64,000 bases of DNA from Nemertoderma westbladi (taxonomy: Eukaryota; Animalia; Xenacoelomorpha): contig JAUCBJ010006812.1 in NCBI GenBank assembly GCA_032718475.1, forward strand, positions 1-64,000, in the 5' to 3' direction. Below the pieces are notes generated by a model, which was not told where the DNA came from, searched no databases, and was given only the letters and a program-made list of their open reading frames with translations. A program made the translations under genes and the position numbers. Positions 50,684-64,000 of this stretch are shown in pieces. Every line of letters begins with the position of its first letter. Position 1 is the first letter of the stretch.

Positions 50684-52150
50684 AGAAAGCACGACGAGCA
50701 CATAATGTAGTGGCAACCTCCACAGAAACCACGACGAGCACATAATGTAGTGGCAACCTCCACAGAAACCACGACGAGCACATAATGTAGTGGCAACCTC
50801 CACAGAAACCACGACGAGCACATAATGTAGTGGCAACCTCCACAGAAACCACGACGAGCACATAATGTAGTGGCAACCTCCACAGAAACCACGTCGTGCA
50901 CATAATGTAGTGGCAACCTCCACAGAAACCACGACGAGCACATAATGTAGTGGCAACCTCCACAGAAACCACGACGAGCACATAATGTAGTGGCAACCTC
51001 CACAGAAACCACGACGAGCACATAATGTAGTGGCAACCTCCACAGAAAGCACGACGAGCACATAATGTAGTGGCAACCTCCACAGAAACAACGACGAGCA
51101 CATAATGTAGTGGCAACCTCAACAGAAACCACGACGAGCACATAATGTAGTGGCAACCTCCACAGAAACCACGACGAGCACATAATGTAGTGGCAACCTC
51201 CACAGAAACCACGACGAGCACATAATGTAGTGGCAACCTCCACAGAAACCACGACGAGCACATAATGTAGTGGCAACCTCCACAGAAACCACGACGAGCA
51301 CATAATGTAGGGGCAACCTCCACAGAAACCACGACGAGCACATAATGTAGTGGCAACCTCCACAGAAACCACGACGAGCACATAATGTAGTGGCAACCTC
51401 AACAGAAACCACGACGAGCACATAATGTAGTGGCAACCTCCACCGAAACCACGACGAGCACATAATGTAGTGGCAACCTCCACAGAAACCACGACGAGCA
51501 CATAATGTAGTGGCAACCTCCACAGAAACCACGACGAGCACATAATGTAGTGGCAACCTCCACAGAAACCACGACGAGCACATAATGTAGGGGCAACCTC
51601 CACAGAAACCACGACGAGCACATAATGTAGTGGCAACCTCCACAGAAACCACGACGAGCACATAATGTAGTGGCAACCTCCACAGAAACCACGACGAGCA
51701 CATAATGTAGTGGCAACCTCCACAGAAACCACGACGAGCACATAATGTAGTGGCAACCTCCACAGAAACCACGACGAGCACATAATGTAGTGGCAACCTC
51801 CACAGAAACCACGACGAGCAGATAATGTAGTGGCAACCTCAACAGAAACCACGACGAGCACATAATGTAGTGGCAACCTCCACCGAAACCACGACGAGCA
51901 CATAATGTAGTGGCAACCTCCACAGAAACCACGACGAGCACATAATGTAGTGGCAACCTCCACAGAAACCACGACGGGAACATAACGTAGTGGCAACCTC
52001 AACAGAAACCACGACGAGCACATAATGTAGTGGCAACCTCCACCGAAACCACGACGAGCACATAATGTAGTGGCAACCTCCACAGAAACCACGACGAGCA
52101 CATAATGTAGGGGCAACCTCCACAGAAAGTACGACGAGCGCATAATGTAG
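50684..52150. repeat. 40-bp minisatellite (ACGACGAGCACATAATGTAGTGGCAACCTCCACAGAAACC), ~36 copies
   Basis: Directly visible, nearly invariant tandem array. Confidence 0.97.
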
Positions 52151-53376
52151 CATTTTTAGAGGGGCCATTTTCGAGCGAAAAGGCCCCAAAACCGGCACTT
52201 TTGGGACCTTTTTTGGTATAAAATGCTCGGTAGGATTGGATGCAGAAAATGAATTGAACATATTCACAAAATTTGACATCAATAAAATCAAAATTGTTTA
52301 AGAAATAGCCACTTTGGCAAAAAGGCCTCTTTGGCCTGTAAAGTTTAGAAACAAATTGGATTGGCCATTCCTAAACTCCCCAAACGATGTTTGATAGAAC
52401 TAAATTCAATTTTCATTATATTTTAGGCTGCGGAAACATCACAATGAAAAGTTATAATATATCATTCATGTTGGATATTGGGTAAGATATGCGACAGGGA
52501 TGGTATAAAGTGATTATAAGTTGGATGAAATTAATTGCATGTATTATTAGATAACATGAAATATTTATTATAAGATAACAGATAACATGAATGTCCAACA
52601 TGAAGATATGACGCAATAGCATGTTCGAGAATCAAGGTGTGAAAAAAGTTTGCAAACATTTATGGAGTAATCCACTACAATAATCGGCCTGCTGCATTGC
52701 AGCTGCACAATGAGATTGTTATGCCGACTCAACAATACATTTGTGCTACCATCATGCAATCTAAAATCGGTATGCTCTAAAAGCAGCTTTCATTAAGCAT
52801 GCTACATCAGTGACCTATCCCCCGTGACCTTCGCGAGTTTACCCAGGCCAGTGTTCTTTAAGAGGCGTACCAAGAAAATCATGGACTGTCTGTCCACCAT
52901 GCTTATTTTCTTGTATTTTCTTCCTTATTTTCTCGTACACAAAATTATTGTGCAAGGTGCACTGGCTGGTCCTCACGGTGAAAGCAATGGCCTGCAAAGC
53001 GCCTGCGGCTTTATTCACTTGTAAAGCTTAGGGGGACCAATGAAACACTTCCAATGCTATGTAGTGTCGGGTTGGAGATCAACTCCCTATCCCCCATAAC
53101 TTTCGGGAGATTATCCGCATCTCCAAGGACTGGTTCTACTAATAGCAGGTAGGGTTGATAGGTACTGGTAGGGGTACGTAGTGGTATCTACTGTAAATAA
53201 TCTGGCCTTGTCTTTCCCTGCAATTTGTAGCTATTTTTAACATTATTAGTAGGGGTTTCTTTTTGGGGGCTTTAGTATGTCTTCATATGATCTTACTATT
53301 GTTTATTGGTGCCGGGATTACCTATTAGCGCTGTAATTGCACCTGATTTTAGGGTCTTTGTTGTTATATTATACAC

Positions 53377-53513
53377 GGGGCCGTATTCGTAGATATCACT
53401 AACCGCTGGCAGGTAGTCAAACTAAGATAGCACTGAATTTCACCTAAATTAGTGCGAAGTTTCTGCATTCTAGTCTGACTACTGTAGTTAGTGAGAACAA
53501 AGAATACGACCCT
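53377..53513. mobile_element. Short PIF/Harbinger-like MITE
   Basis: Inverted ends GGGGCCGTATTC..TCACTAAC and GTTAGTGA..GAATACGACCC. Confidence 0.5.
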
Positions 53514-54569
53514 GGAATATAGAGTCTTTATTCAGGTACGTTTTCATTATTTAGCTACAAGCGTGTGAAAAAGCCTACCTTATCGTGGCTTTGGTTCTAC
53601 ATACACCATAATTATTCTGGTTACCTACTCATCATACACCATAATCTGAATTTCGTCGTAAAACTTACATTGTATTCCAGTACAGTACAGTATACTGTAC
53701 AAGTATTGAAGTACTGATAAAATATTGAGGGATGGGGGATCTTTTCTAAGTGACTGTTGCAACTATATCTTGATGGAAGGTTCGGTAAAGATAATTAACG
53801 AGCGAGCCAGTGATGTTGCGTTACGTATAATTAAATTTACAGAATCTTTCAGTTTCAATAAATAAAGTTACAATAATAATTTACCCAACCAACATGGCTT
53901 TTTAAAATTGCATGGAATCTACTTACAAACAGTGAAATTACATACCACAGTACCGAACTACTACCTACCCAATCGACTCTTAGCACAATCAAAGATCCCC
54001 CATCCGCGCAAACTTAACTAGAGTACTGAAGTACAGACGATTAGGCATCGTTTAAGAACAACGAAAAATGAAAGTGAATTCCAATATGAGCGTTATACAA
54101 AATGTACAGTATGTGTACCGGCTGACTGGTGTTTGGGTACTGTAGGGTTTTACTGCATCCCGATAACTCCTTTAAATTAAATCATGGATTAGTTTTAGTT
54201 TATAGTTGTTTTAAGGGCTCCTGAAATCCCTTTAGTATTTTTAAAGGGGCCCTGCTAATTAATATGGCATTTTGAAACCAGCTGATGGCGTTGCTAGGTA
54301 CCCGGTTTATAACCAATCAGGAAATAGTGATTCTAGTTTCAATTAAGGGCTCCTTTAGCTGACTGAGTTACGTACTGCAGTACAGTTCCGGTACTTCCTT
54401 ATGCAGGTAGGCCTACTCTTGAGGTCGTAAGCGTAACTACTGTCAAGGTCAACTGTAGCCTTCTTCATTCTTCTGTTCTTCCATTTGAATTCCTCTCAGT
54501 CAGTCAGTCTCAACCAACCAGTGACCAGCAACACGCAGACTCAAATAATCATACTACACAACTGACAAA

Positions 54570-54669
54570 ATGTCCAATCTTACATTGCCACTGAAGCTTG
54601 TCGATTTCGTTAATCGGTCGCCTTCGCCATATCACGTTGTTCATTCCTGTAAAACTCTCCTTAATAAAG
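54570..54669 (+). CDS. DNPEP: Aspartyl aminopeptidase (peptidase M18), exon 1
   Basis: MSNLTLPLKLVDFVNRSPSPYHVVHSCKTLLNK contains the FVNRSPSPxH motif; donor AAG|GTAAGA. Confidence 0.9.
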
Positions 54670-55405
54670 GTAAGATAAGTGCAGAAGACGGGATGATCCG
54701 AGTCCTGGAGTCCAAAAAAAATTATTGACGCACCGGTACACGGTACACACGTAGGCCTACCGTATATGATCTGGTATCGGTACCGGTAGCGGTAGGTAGG
54801 TACCACGGTGGAGACTGATCAGCCTATATTGGCCATTTGTTTTCCAGAAATTTTTTTAACGATACCGTATCTTATGCTCTACCGTGTCAAAGGTTAAACT
54901 ACAAACACCACTTTTTATATGGAAAACATACAGCCTATTTTATTTGGCTGACTTGGGCTACTTAATGATTTGTTGATTGGCAGATTGGGGTGTTTCGTTT
55001 TGTAGGTACTCACTGGTTTGTTAGTTCTGTAGTTAGGTTAAGGTTTGTTGGTCAGGCACAAATCATATGAAGGCCGTAATTGAACCTGAACCCTAAAGTC
55101 TTGAGGCAGTGTGAGTGGCATCTACAACTCCTTCGACATAAAACATTTCGTCAATAATTCGTTTAGGTTTGGTACAAATTTTTTGATGAAGGCCTACCAG
55201 TCTAAACATTCTCGTGGACCTAACAAGTTACTAGAGTTGCAGCCCTAATACTAAGTCATGTGGCTCTAATCACTAATCCTAGAAGTTACTTATCGAATAT
55301 TTATTACAGTATTAACCTCGCTACGTTCGGTAAATATTTTAATTTGATAAATAATTTATTTTAATAAGTTATTTTTATAACGAACTGTTACATATTTTAT
55401 TCCAG

Positions 55406-55584
55406 CGGGTTTTAGGGAACTGAAAGAAGACGTGGCCTGGAAGATTGAACCCAAAGGCTTGTACTATATTACACGGAACAGTTCCACATTGATAGCTATA
55501 GCGGTTGGTGGCCAACATGAAGTAGGAGGTGGTAGGAACGGATTTAGTATAGTTGGAGCTCATACGGACAGCCCATGTCTTCGC
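55406..55584 (+). CDS. DNPEP: Aspartyl aminopeptidase, exon 2
   Basis: Acceptor TTCCAG|CG; [35 protein letters not shown]...[15 protein letters not shown] includes the Zn-ligand His motif AHTDSP; donor CGC|GTAAGT. Confidence 0.95.
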
Positions 55585-55971
55585 GTAAGTTTCTACGTAA
55601 TGGCAACCTGACATACCGTTACCGTGTATGGTGGGAGTTAGTGTGGGACAATCCCTGCCTTACACGTAGCAGCTGAGATAGAGGAGACTTAGGGTTGCCC
55701 CCGGTGTTTCGTATTTCACACGTTCACTGATCACTTTTATCCATTCAATACATTTGTTTGGTCCCAAGCGAAAATTGAAAAGTTAACTTAGTTAGAAGTG
55801 ACTAGGAATGGATATGTTAAATATTAAGGCTCCGTTTTGGATAACTGCGTATCAAGAGAAAGCACAGTGAAAAATATTTTCTCGAAAGTTAACTGTAGGC
55901 TTAAATGGTAAGTTTAAATCTTAAAGGGTAAGTGTCCCAACTACATAAAACAAAAATTCAACAGAGTACGC

Positions 55972-56130
55972 GATATACAGAGATTATCGCCTGTCCCAGA
56001 AGGTGATATACGGTTATAAAACCTGAAGCAAATAAAAATATTTATTTTATAAAATTAAATTAAATTTATTTGCTGAAGTTTTTATAACCGTATATCACCT
56101 TCTGGGACAGGCGATAATCTGTTTATCATG
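55972..56130. mobile_element. Hairpin MITE in DNPEP intron 2
   Basis: AGATTATCGCCTGTCCCAGAAGGTGATATACGGTTATAAAA and its exact reverse complement flank an AT-rich loop. Confidence 0.8.
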
Positions 56131-57070
56131 TATATTCGAGCTTATTGCACTGATAAATTTTGTGAGCTACTTTTGTATCTTTCACGTTTTGGATAACGCA
56201 GACCCCACTGAAACAAACACATCTTTTGAAATCCCCCCCCAACCCCCTTCCCTCTCCAGTTGTCCGAACATTAAACAATATTGTAGAGAGAAGGGTTCAA
56301 TTTCATTTAATATTAAGTCAGAACAAGGAATTGTTACTTGTAGACCTAGATAACTAGTAATTATAATTGATGGGAATTGTTGCTCTTTTCGTGTTTTGAC
56401 TGTCTTTGATGTTTAGCAAGTGTTGCTGTCTGTGACCGGAAGCATCTGCAAATCTCTTTCTATTATTGGGTTTGCTGAAACTCATATTATGACGAATTTA
56501 GGCACTGCAGTAATAATACTGTACTGTAGTACAGCCAGTGTGTGAGCATTTTTTGTGATAAAACTCAAAATAAAAATTTTAATAAAAAAACTCAAAACTC
56601 AAAAAAAACATAAAAAGAAAAAAAGAATAAACCCATAAAAACTCTAATCAATATTCATTTAAAAGTATTAAGAAATTTACTTAAAAATATTTCATTTTAA
56701 TTTACTAGCTATGTTAAAATAAAAAAACTATAGCTATCATTAAATTTTTTATTTTATTTATGTTCTAGAATAGTATATAATACTTTTATATTGTTCTGCA
56801 ACTCCTCAATGTTGCCATTTTATCAATGATATATGATTTATAAATGTAGTGCTATACGGAACTCTAACCGAAAAGATGATGAAAAATTTTCAATAAACGG
56901 TCACACAGGCTACTACAGTATAGTGCGGACTTCAATATTAGCTACAAAGTGATTTTAATCAGTTGGGAATGGATATAAATTATTTCAACATTGGGAAGAA
57001 TGTGCAAAAAATAACGTCTAAAACACAACAATAAATATGTAAGTTCTAGAATTTTGTATTAGGAGTTTTA

Positions 57071-59648
57071 ATATAGTAGTTACATTGTTACATATATTAG
57101 TTACATTGTTACATATAGTAGTTACATTGTTACATATAGTAGTTACATTGTTACATATAATAGTTACATTGTTACATATAGTAGTTACATTTTTACATAT
57201 AGTAGTTACATTGTTACATATAGTAGTTACATTGTTACATATAGTAGTTACATTGTTACATATAGTAGTTACATTGTTACATATAATAGTTACATTGTTA
57301 CATATAATAGTTACATTGTTACATATAGTAGTTACATTGTTACATATATTAGTTACATTGTTACTTATAGTAGTTACTTTGTTACATATAGTAGTTACAT
57401 TGTTACATATAATAGTTACATTGTTACATATAGTAGTTACATTGTTACATATAGTAGTTACATTGTTACATATAGTAGTTACATTGTTACATATAGTAGT
57501 TACATTGTTACATATAGTAGTTACATTGTTATATATAGTAGTTACATTGTTACATATAGTAGTTACATTGTTACATATAGTAGTTACATTGTTACATATA
57601 GTAGTTACATTGTTACATATAGTAGTTACATTGTTACATATAGTAGTTACATTGTTACATATAGTAGTTACATTGTTACATATAGTAGTTACATTGTTAC
57701 ATATAGTAGTTACATTGTTACATATAGTAGTTACATTGTTACATATAGTAGTTACATTGTTACATATAGTAGTTACATTGTTACATATAGTAGTTACATT
57801 GTTACATATAGTAGTTACATTGTTACATATAGTAGTTACATTGTTACATATAGTAGTTACATTGTTACATATAGTAGTTACATTGTTACATATAGTAGTT
57901 ACATTGTTACATATAGTAGTTACATTGTTACATATAGTAGTTACATTGTTACATATAGTAGTTACATTGTTACATATAGTAGTTACATTGTTACATATAG
58001 TAGTTACATTGTTACATATAGTAGTTACATTGTTACATATAGTAGTGACATTGTTACATATAGTAGTTACATTGTTACATATAGTAGTGACATTGTTACA
58101 TATAGTAGTTACATTGTTACATATAGTAGTTACATTGTTACATATAGTAGTTACATTGTTACATATAGTAGTTACATTGTTACATATAGTAGTTACATTG
58201 TTACATATAGTAGTTACATTGTTACATATAATAGTTACATTGTTACATATAGTAGTTACATTGTTACATATAGTAGTTACATTGTTACATATAGTAGTTA
58301 CATTGTTACATATAGTAGTTACATTGTTACATATAGTAGTTACATTGTTACTTATAGTAGTTACTTTGTTACATATAGTAGTTATATTTTTACATATAGT
58401 AGTTACATTGTCACATATAGTAGTTACATTGTTACATATAGTAGTTACATTGTTACATATAGTAGTTACATTGTTACATGTAGTAGTTACATTGTTACAT
58501 ATAGTAGTTACATTGTTACATATAGTAGTTACATTGTTACATATAGTAGTTACATTGTTACATATAGTAGTTACATTGTTACATATAGTAGTTACATTGT
58601 TACATATAGTAGTTACATTGTTACATATAGTAGTTACATTGTTACATATAGTAGTTACATTGTTACATATAGTAGTTACATTGTTACATATAGTAGTTAC
58701 ATTGTTACATATAGTAGTTACATTGTTACATATAGTAGTTACATTGTTACATATAGTAGTTACATTGTTACATATAGTAGTTACATTGTTACATATAGTA
58801 GTTACATTGTTACTTATAGTAGTTACTTTGTTACATATAGTAGTTACATTGTTACATATAGTAGTTACATTGTTACATATAGTAGTTACATTGTTACATA
58901 TAGTAGTTACATTGTTACATATAGTAGTTACATTGTTACATATAGTAGTTACATTGTTACATATAGTAGTTACATTGTTACATATAGTAGTTACATTGTT
59001 ACATATAGTAGTTACATTGTTACATATAGTAGTTACATTGTTACATATAGTAGTTACATTGTTACATATAGTAGTTACATTGTTACATATAGTAGTTACA
59101 TTGTTACATATAGTAGTTACATTGTTACATATAGTAGTTACATTGTTACATATAGTAGTTACATTGTTACATATAGTAGTTACATTGTTACATATAATAG
59201 TTACATTGTTACATATAGTAGTTACATTGTTACATATAGTAGTTACATTGTTACATATAGTAGTGACATTGTTACATATAGTAGTTACATTGTTACATAT
59301 AGTAGTTACATTGTTACATATAGTAGTTACATTGTTACATATAGTAGTTACATTGTTACATATAGTAGTTACATTGTTACATATAGTAGTTACATTGTTA
59401 CATATAGTAGTTACATTGTTACATATAGTAGTTACATTGTTACATATAGTAGTTACATTGTTACATATAGTAGTTACATTGTTACTTATAGTAGTTACTT
59501 TGTTACATATAGTAGTTACATTTTTACATATAGTAGTTACATTGTTACATATAGTAGTTACATTGTTACATATAGTAGTTACATTGTTACATATAGTAGT
59601 TACATTGTTACATATAGTAGTTACATTGTTACATATAGTAGTTACATT
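57071..59648. repeat. 21-bp AT-rich minisatellite (GTTACATATAGTAGTTACATT), ~120 copies, in DNPEP intron 2
   Basis: Directly visible tandem array. Confidence 0.97.
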
Positions 59649-60318
59649 GAGAATACATGATAAACACTCTTACAGTACCAATTTTAGTTACATTTTGTGG
59701 GAATGCCTTTGGTCTCCGGTGCTCAAATTCACTATCAATGTATTTATAAAACAACGGAGAACCACCCTGGAAAAAACCGCATCTCTATAGCTCCGTTGTA
59801 CCAATCATTAGTAGATAACTTTTGGCCACTTTCAGAATAACGGGGGGGGGGGGGGGGGTGCCGCCTATACCCATCCCCCTTGGATACGTGCCTGTGTGTG
59901 TATGTGGCGGGTATTTAACAATCAGGCAATTAACTAAATCGAATAATAGCTGATCCTAAGGCATTTTAAAAATCCCGCCTTATTATATAAGTGAAAATAT
60001 TGAGCACCGGTGCACAAACCCCAAAAAGATATATATGAGTCCTGTAGAGGTCACCGATACCGAATATGGCAACAGCTAATGTATTTGAGCACCGGTGCTA
60101 AACTTATAGCCTCCGCACTAAGGGCCAGCCAAGCCAAAATAGCTCCGCACATATAGGTTGCACAGGTCATGTTAACCGGTGCACAATCCGCAGTAAGAAG
60201 TTGACAGGGAGTAAAACCTGCAGCAGTAAAGTTAAAACACGAATTGTGCACCAGTGCTCAATCCGCAGCTAAGTAGCGTGCTCTAATAATAATGCCGTCC
60301 ATCGCATATCTTCCGTAG

Positions 60319-60569
60319 TTGAAACCGATATCTAAGCGAGAGAGTCACGGATACATCCAGGTTGGTGTGCAGCTGTACGGAGGCGGTATATGGCACACGT
60401 GGTTCGATAGGAACCTAAAGGTTGCTGGCCGTGTCATCGTGAGGGACAACGGGAAACTGGTGCCCAGACTGGTGGATATCAATAGACCCATTCTCTGTAT
60501 CCCTAGCTGCTGTATCCATCTCTACCGGGAACAGAATGACAAGTTCAGCCCCAATCTGGAGACCAACCT
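60319..60569 (+). CDS. DNPEP: Aspartyl aminopeptidase, exon 3 (gene continues beyond the window)
   Basis: Acceptor CTTCCGTAG|TTG; LKPISKRESHGYIQVGVQLYGGGIWHTWFDRNLKVAGRVIV...RPILCIPSCCIHL; donor AACCT|GTGAGT. Confidence 0.95.
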
Positions 60570-63500
60570 GTGAGTATAATGTGTATCTCGGTCTGGAGAC
60601 CAACCTGTGAGTATAATGTGTATCTCGGTCTGGAAACCAACCTGTGAGTATAATGTGTAGCTTGGTCTGGAGACCAACCTGTGAGTATAATGTGTAGCTT
60701 GGTCTGGAGACCAACCTGTGAGTATAATGTGTATCTCGGTCTGGAGACCAACCTGTGAGTATAATGAGTATAATGTGTATCTCGGTCTGGAGACCAACCT
60801 GTGAGTATAATGTGTAGCTCGGTCTGGAGACCAACCTGTGAGTATAATGTGTATCTCGGTCTGGAGACCAACCTGTGAGTATAATGTGTATCTCGGTCTG
60901 GAGACCAACCTGTGAGTATAATGTGTATCTCGGTCTGGAGACCAACCTGTGAGTATAATGTGTAGCTTGGTCTGGAGACCAACCTGTGAGTATAATGTGT
61001 AGCTTGGTCTGGAGACCAACCTGTGAGTATAATGTGTATCTCGGTCTGGAGACCAACCTGTGAGTATAATGTGTATCTCGGTCTGGAGACCAACCTGTGA
61101 GTATAATGTGTAGCTTGGTCTGGAGACCAACCTGTGAGTATAATGTGTAGCTCGGTATGGAAACCAACCTGTGAGTATAATGTGTAGCTCGGTATGGAGA
61201 CCAACCTGTGAGTATAATGTGTATCTCGGTCTGGAGACCAACCTGTGAGTATAATGTGTATCTCGGTCTGGAGACCAACGTGTGAGTATAATGTGTAGCT
61301 CGGTATGGAAACCAACCTGTGAGTATAATGTGTAGCTCGGTATGGAGACCAACCTGTGAGTATAATGTGTATCTCGGTCTGGAGACCAACCTGTGAGTAT
61401 AATGTGTATCTCGGTCTGGAGACCAACCTGTGAGTATAATGTGTAGCTCGGTCTGGAGACCAACCTGTGAGTATAATGTGTAGCTCAGTCTGGAGACCAA
61501 CCTGTGAGTATAATGTGTAGCTTGGTCTGGAGACCAACCTGTGAGTATAATGTGTAGCTTGGTCTGGAGACCAACCTGTGAGTATAATGTGTATCTCGGT
61601 CTGGAGACCAACCTGTGAGTATAATGTGTATCTCGGTCTGGAGACCAACCTGTGAGTATAATGTGTATCTCGGTCTGGAGACCAACCTGTGAGTATAATG
61701 TGTATCTCGGTCTGGAGACCAACCCGTGAGTATAATGTGTATCTCGGTATGGAGTCCAACCTGTGAGTATAATGTGTATCTCGGTCTGGAGTCCAACCTG
61801 TGAGTATAATGTGTATCTCAGTCTGGAGACCAACCTGTGAGTATAATGTGTATCTCAGTCTGGAGACCAACCTGTGAGTATAATGTGTATCTCGGTCTGG
61901 AGACCAACCTGTGAGTATAATGTGTATCTCGGTCTGGAGACCAACCTGTGAGTATAATGTGTAGCTCGGTCTGGAGACCAACCTGTGAGTATAATGTGTA
62001 TCTCGGTCTGGAAACCAACCTGTGAGTATAATGTGTGGCTCGGTCTGGAGACCAACCTGTGAGTATAATGTGTATCTCGGTCTGGAGACCAACCTGTGAG
62101 TATAATGTGTATCTCGGTCTGGAGATCAACCTGTGAGTATAATGTGTAGCTTGGTCTGGAGACCAACCTGTGAGTATAATGTGTATCTCGGTCTGGAAAC
62201 CAACCTGTGAGTATAATGTGTGGCTCGGTCTGGAGACCAACCTGTGAGTATAATGTGTATCTCGGTCTGGAGACCAACCTGTGAGTATAATGTGTAGCTC
62301 GTTCTGGAGACCAACCTGTGAGTATAATGTGTATCTCGGTCTGGAGACCAACCTGTGAGTATAATGTGTATCTCGGTCTGGAGACCAACCTGTGAGTATA
62401 ATGTGTATCTCGGTCTGGAGACCAACCTGTGAGTATAATGTGTATCTCGGTCTGGAGACCAACCTGTGAGTATAATGTGTATCTCGGTCTGAAGACCAAC
62501 CTGTGAGTATAATGTGTATCTCGGTCTGGAGACCAACCTGTGAGTATAATGTGTAGCTCGGTCTGGAGACCAACCTGTGAGTATAATGTGTATCTCAGTC
62601 TGGAGACCAACCTGTGAGTATAATGTGTAGCTCGGTCTGGAGACCAACCTGTGAGTATAATGTGTATCTCGGTCTGGAGACCAACCTGTGAGTATAATGT
62701 GTATCTCGGTCTGGAGACCAACCCGTGAGTATAATGTGTATCTCGGTATGGAGTCCAACCTGTGAGTATAATGTGTATCTCGGTCTGGAGTCCAACCTGT
62801 GAGTATAATGTGTATCTCAGTCTGGAGACCAACCTGTGAGTATAATGTGTATCTCAGTCTGGAGACCAACCTGTGAGTATAATGTGTATCTCGGTCTGGA
62901 GACCAACCTGTGAGTATAATGTGTATCTCGGTCTGGAGACCAACCTGTGAGTATAATGTGTATCTCGGTCTGGAGACCAACCTGTGAGTATAATGTGTAT
63001 CTCGGTCTGGAGACCAACCTGTGAGTATAATGTGTATCTCGGTCTGGAGACCAACCTGTGAGTATAATGTGTATCTCGGTCTGGAGACCAACCTGTGAGT
63101 ATAATGTGTATCTCGGTCTGGAGACCAACCTGTGAGTATAATGTGTATCTCGGTCTGGAGACCAACCTGTGAGTATAATGTGTAGCTCGGTCTGGAGACC
63201 AACCTGTGAGTATAATGTGTATCTCAGTCTGGAGACCAACCTGTGAGTATAATGTGTAGCTCGGTCTGGAGACCAACCTGTGAGTATAATGTGTATCTCG
63301 GTCTGGAGACCAACCTGTGAGTATAATGTGTATCTCGGTCTGGAGACCAACCTGTGAGTATAATGTGTATCTCGGTCTGGAGACCAACCTGTGAGTATAA
63401 TGTGTATCTCGGTCTGGAGACCAACCTGTGAGTATAATGTGTATCTCGGTCTGGAGACCAACCTGTGAGTATAATGTGTATCTCGGTCTGGAGACCAACC

Positions 63501-64000
63501 TGTGAGTATAATGTGTATCTCGGTCTGGAGACCAACCTGTGAGTATAATGTGTAGCTCGGTCTGGAGACCAACCTGTGAGTATAATGTGTATCTCAGTCT
63601 GGAGACCAACCTGTGAGTATAATGTGTAGCTTGGTCTGGAGACCAACCTGTGAGTATAATGTGTATCTCGGTCTGGAGACCAACCTGTGAGTATAATGTG
63701 TATCTCAGTCTGGAGACCAACCTGTGAGTATAATGTGTATCTCGGTATGGAGTCCAACCTGTGAGTATAATGTGTAGCTCGGTCTGGAGACCAACCTGTG
63801 AGTATAATGTGTATCTCGGTATGGAGTCCAACCTGTGAGTATAAAATGTGTAGCTTGGTCTGGAGTCCAACCTGTGAGTATAATGTGTAGCTCGGTCTGG
63901 AGACCAACCTGTGAGTATAATGTGTATCTCGGTATGGAGTCCAACCTGTGAGTATAAAATGTGTAGCTTGGTCTGGAGACCAACCTGTGAGTATAATGTG
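60555..64000. repeat. 37-bp minisatellite made of the last 15 nt of exon 3 plus the first 22 nt of the intron; ~93 copies, runs off the right edge of the window
   Basis: Unit TCTGGAGACCAACCT|GTGAGTATAATGTGTATCTCGG. Confidence 0.97.

Noticed and set aside
50684-52150. CRISPR-like array (40-bp period)
   Set aside because: Units are contiguous and nearly identical, with no unique spacers, no cas genes and a eukaryotic context.
50629-52291. Cys-rich ORFs (CARRGFCGGCHYIMC) resembling metal-binding proteins
   Set aside because: A 40-bp unit cycles through all three frames; an artefact of the repeat.
57085-59790. 901-aa (VTLLHIV)n ORF
   Set aside because: Stop-free frame of a 21-bp repeat inside DNPEP intron 2; no ATG start and no unique domain.
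60415-63983. Many long minus-strand ORFs (YTHRLVSRPRYTLYSQVG...) and a CRISPR-like 37-bp period
   Set aside because: These are frame-rotating translations of a 37-bp intronic minisatellite, with no spacers.

Overview
AT-rich, repeat-dense eukaryotic genomic DNA, most likely from an invertebrate animal (GT-AG introns, metazoan-type genes). There are no prokaryotic features. Four protein-coding genes are supported: (1) a two-exon minus-strand gene (25032->19102, about 1508 aa) built mostly of two coding minisatellites, with a C-terminal SANT/homeodomain-like helical segment; (2) an intronless FTSJ3/Spb1 rRNA methyltransferase (28070-30196, minus); (3) KXD1/BORCS4 (exons at 43786, 44534 and 47521); and (4) the first three exons of aspartyl aminopeptidase DNPEP (54570, 55406 and 60319). 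The rest is repetitive. It includes a 13.5-kb tandem array of a ~1.73-kb Helitron/Helentron-like unit, an 8.9-kb foldback transposon with an 8-bp TSD and nested insertions, and several MITEs. It also contains a LINE 3' fragment, an inverted pair of tRNA-promoter plus hammerhead-ribozyme (retrozyme-like) units, and several homogeneous minisatellites. The most unusual signals are a 37-bp array that repeats the DNPEP exon 3 splice donor about 93 times, the Pol III promoter/hammerhead element, and a 21-bp array that may give KXD1 a heptad-repeat tail. Most long ORFs in the supplied track are by-products of minisatellites. All family assignments come from reading motifs by eye, not from database searches.
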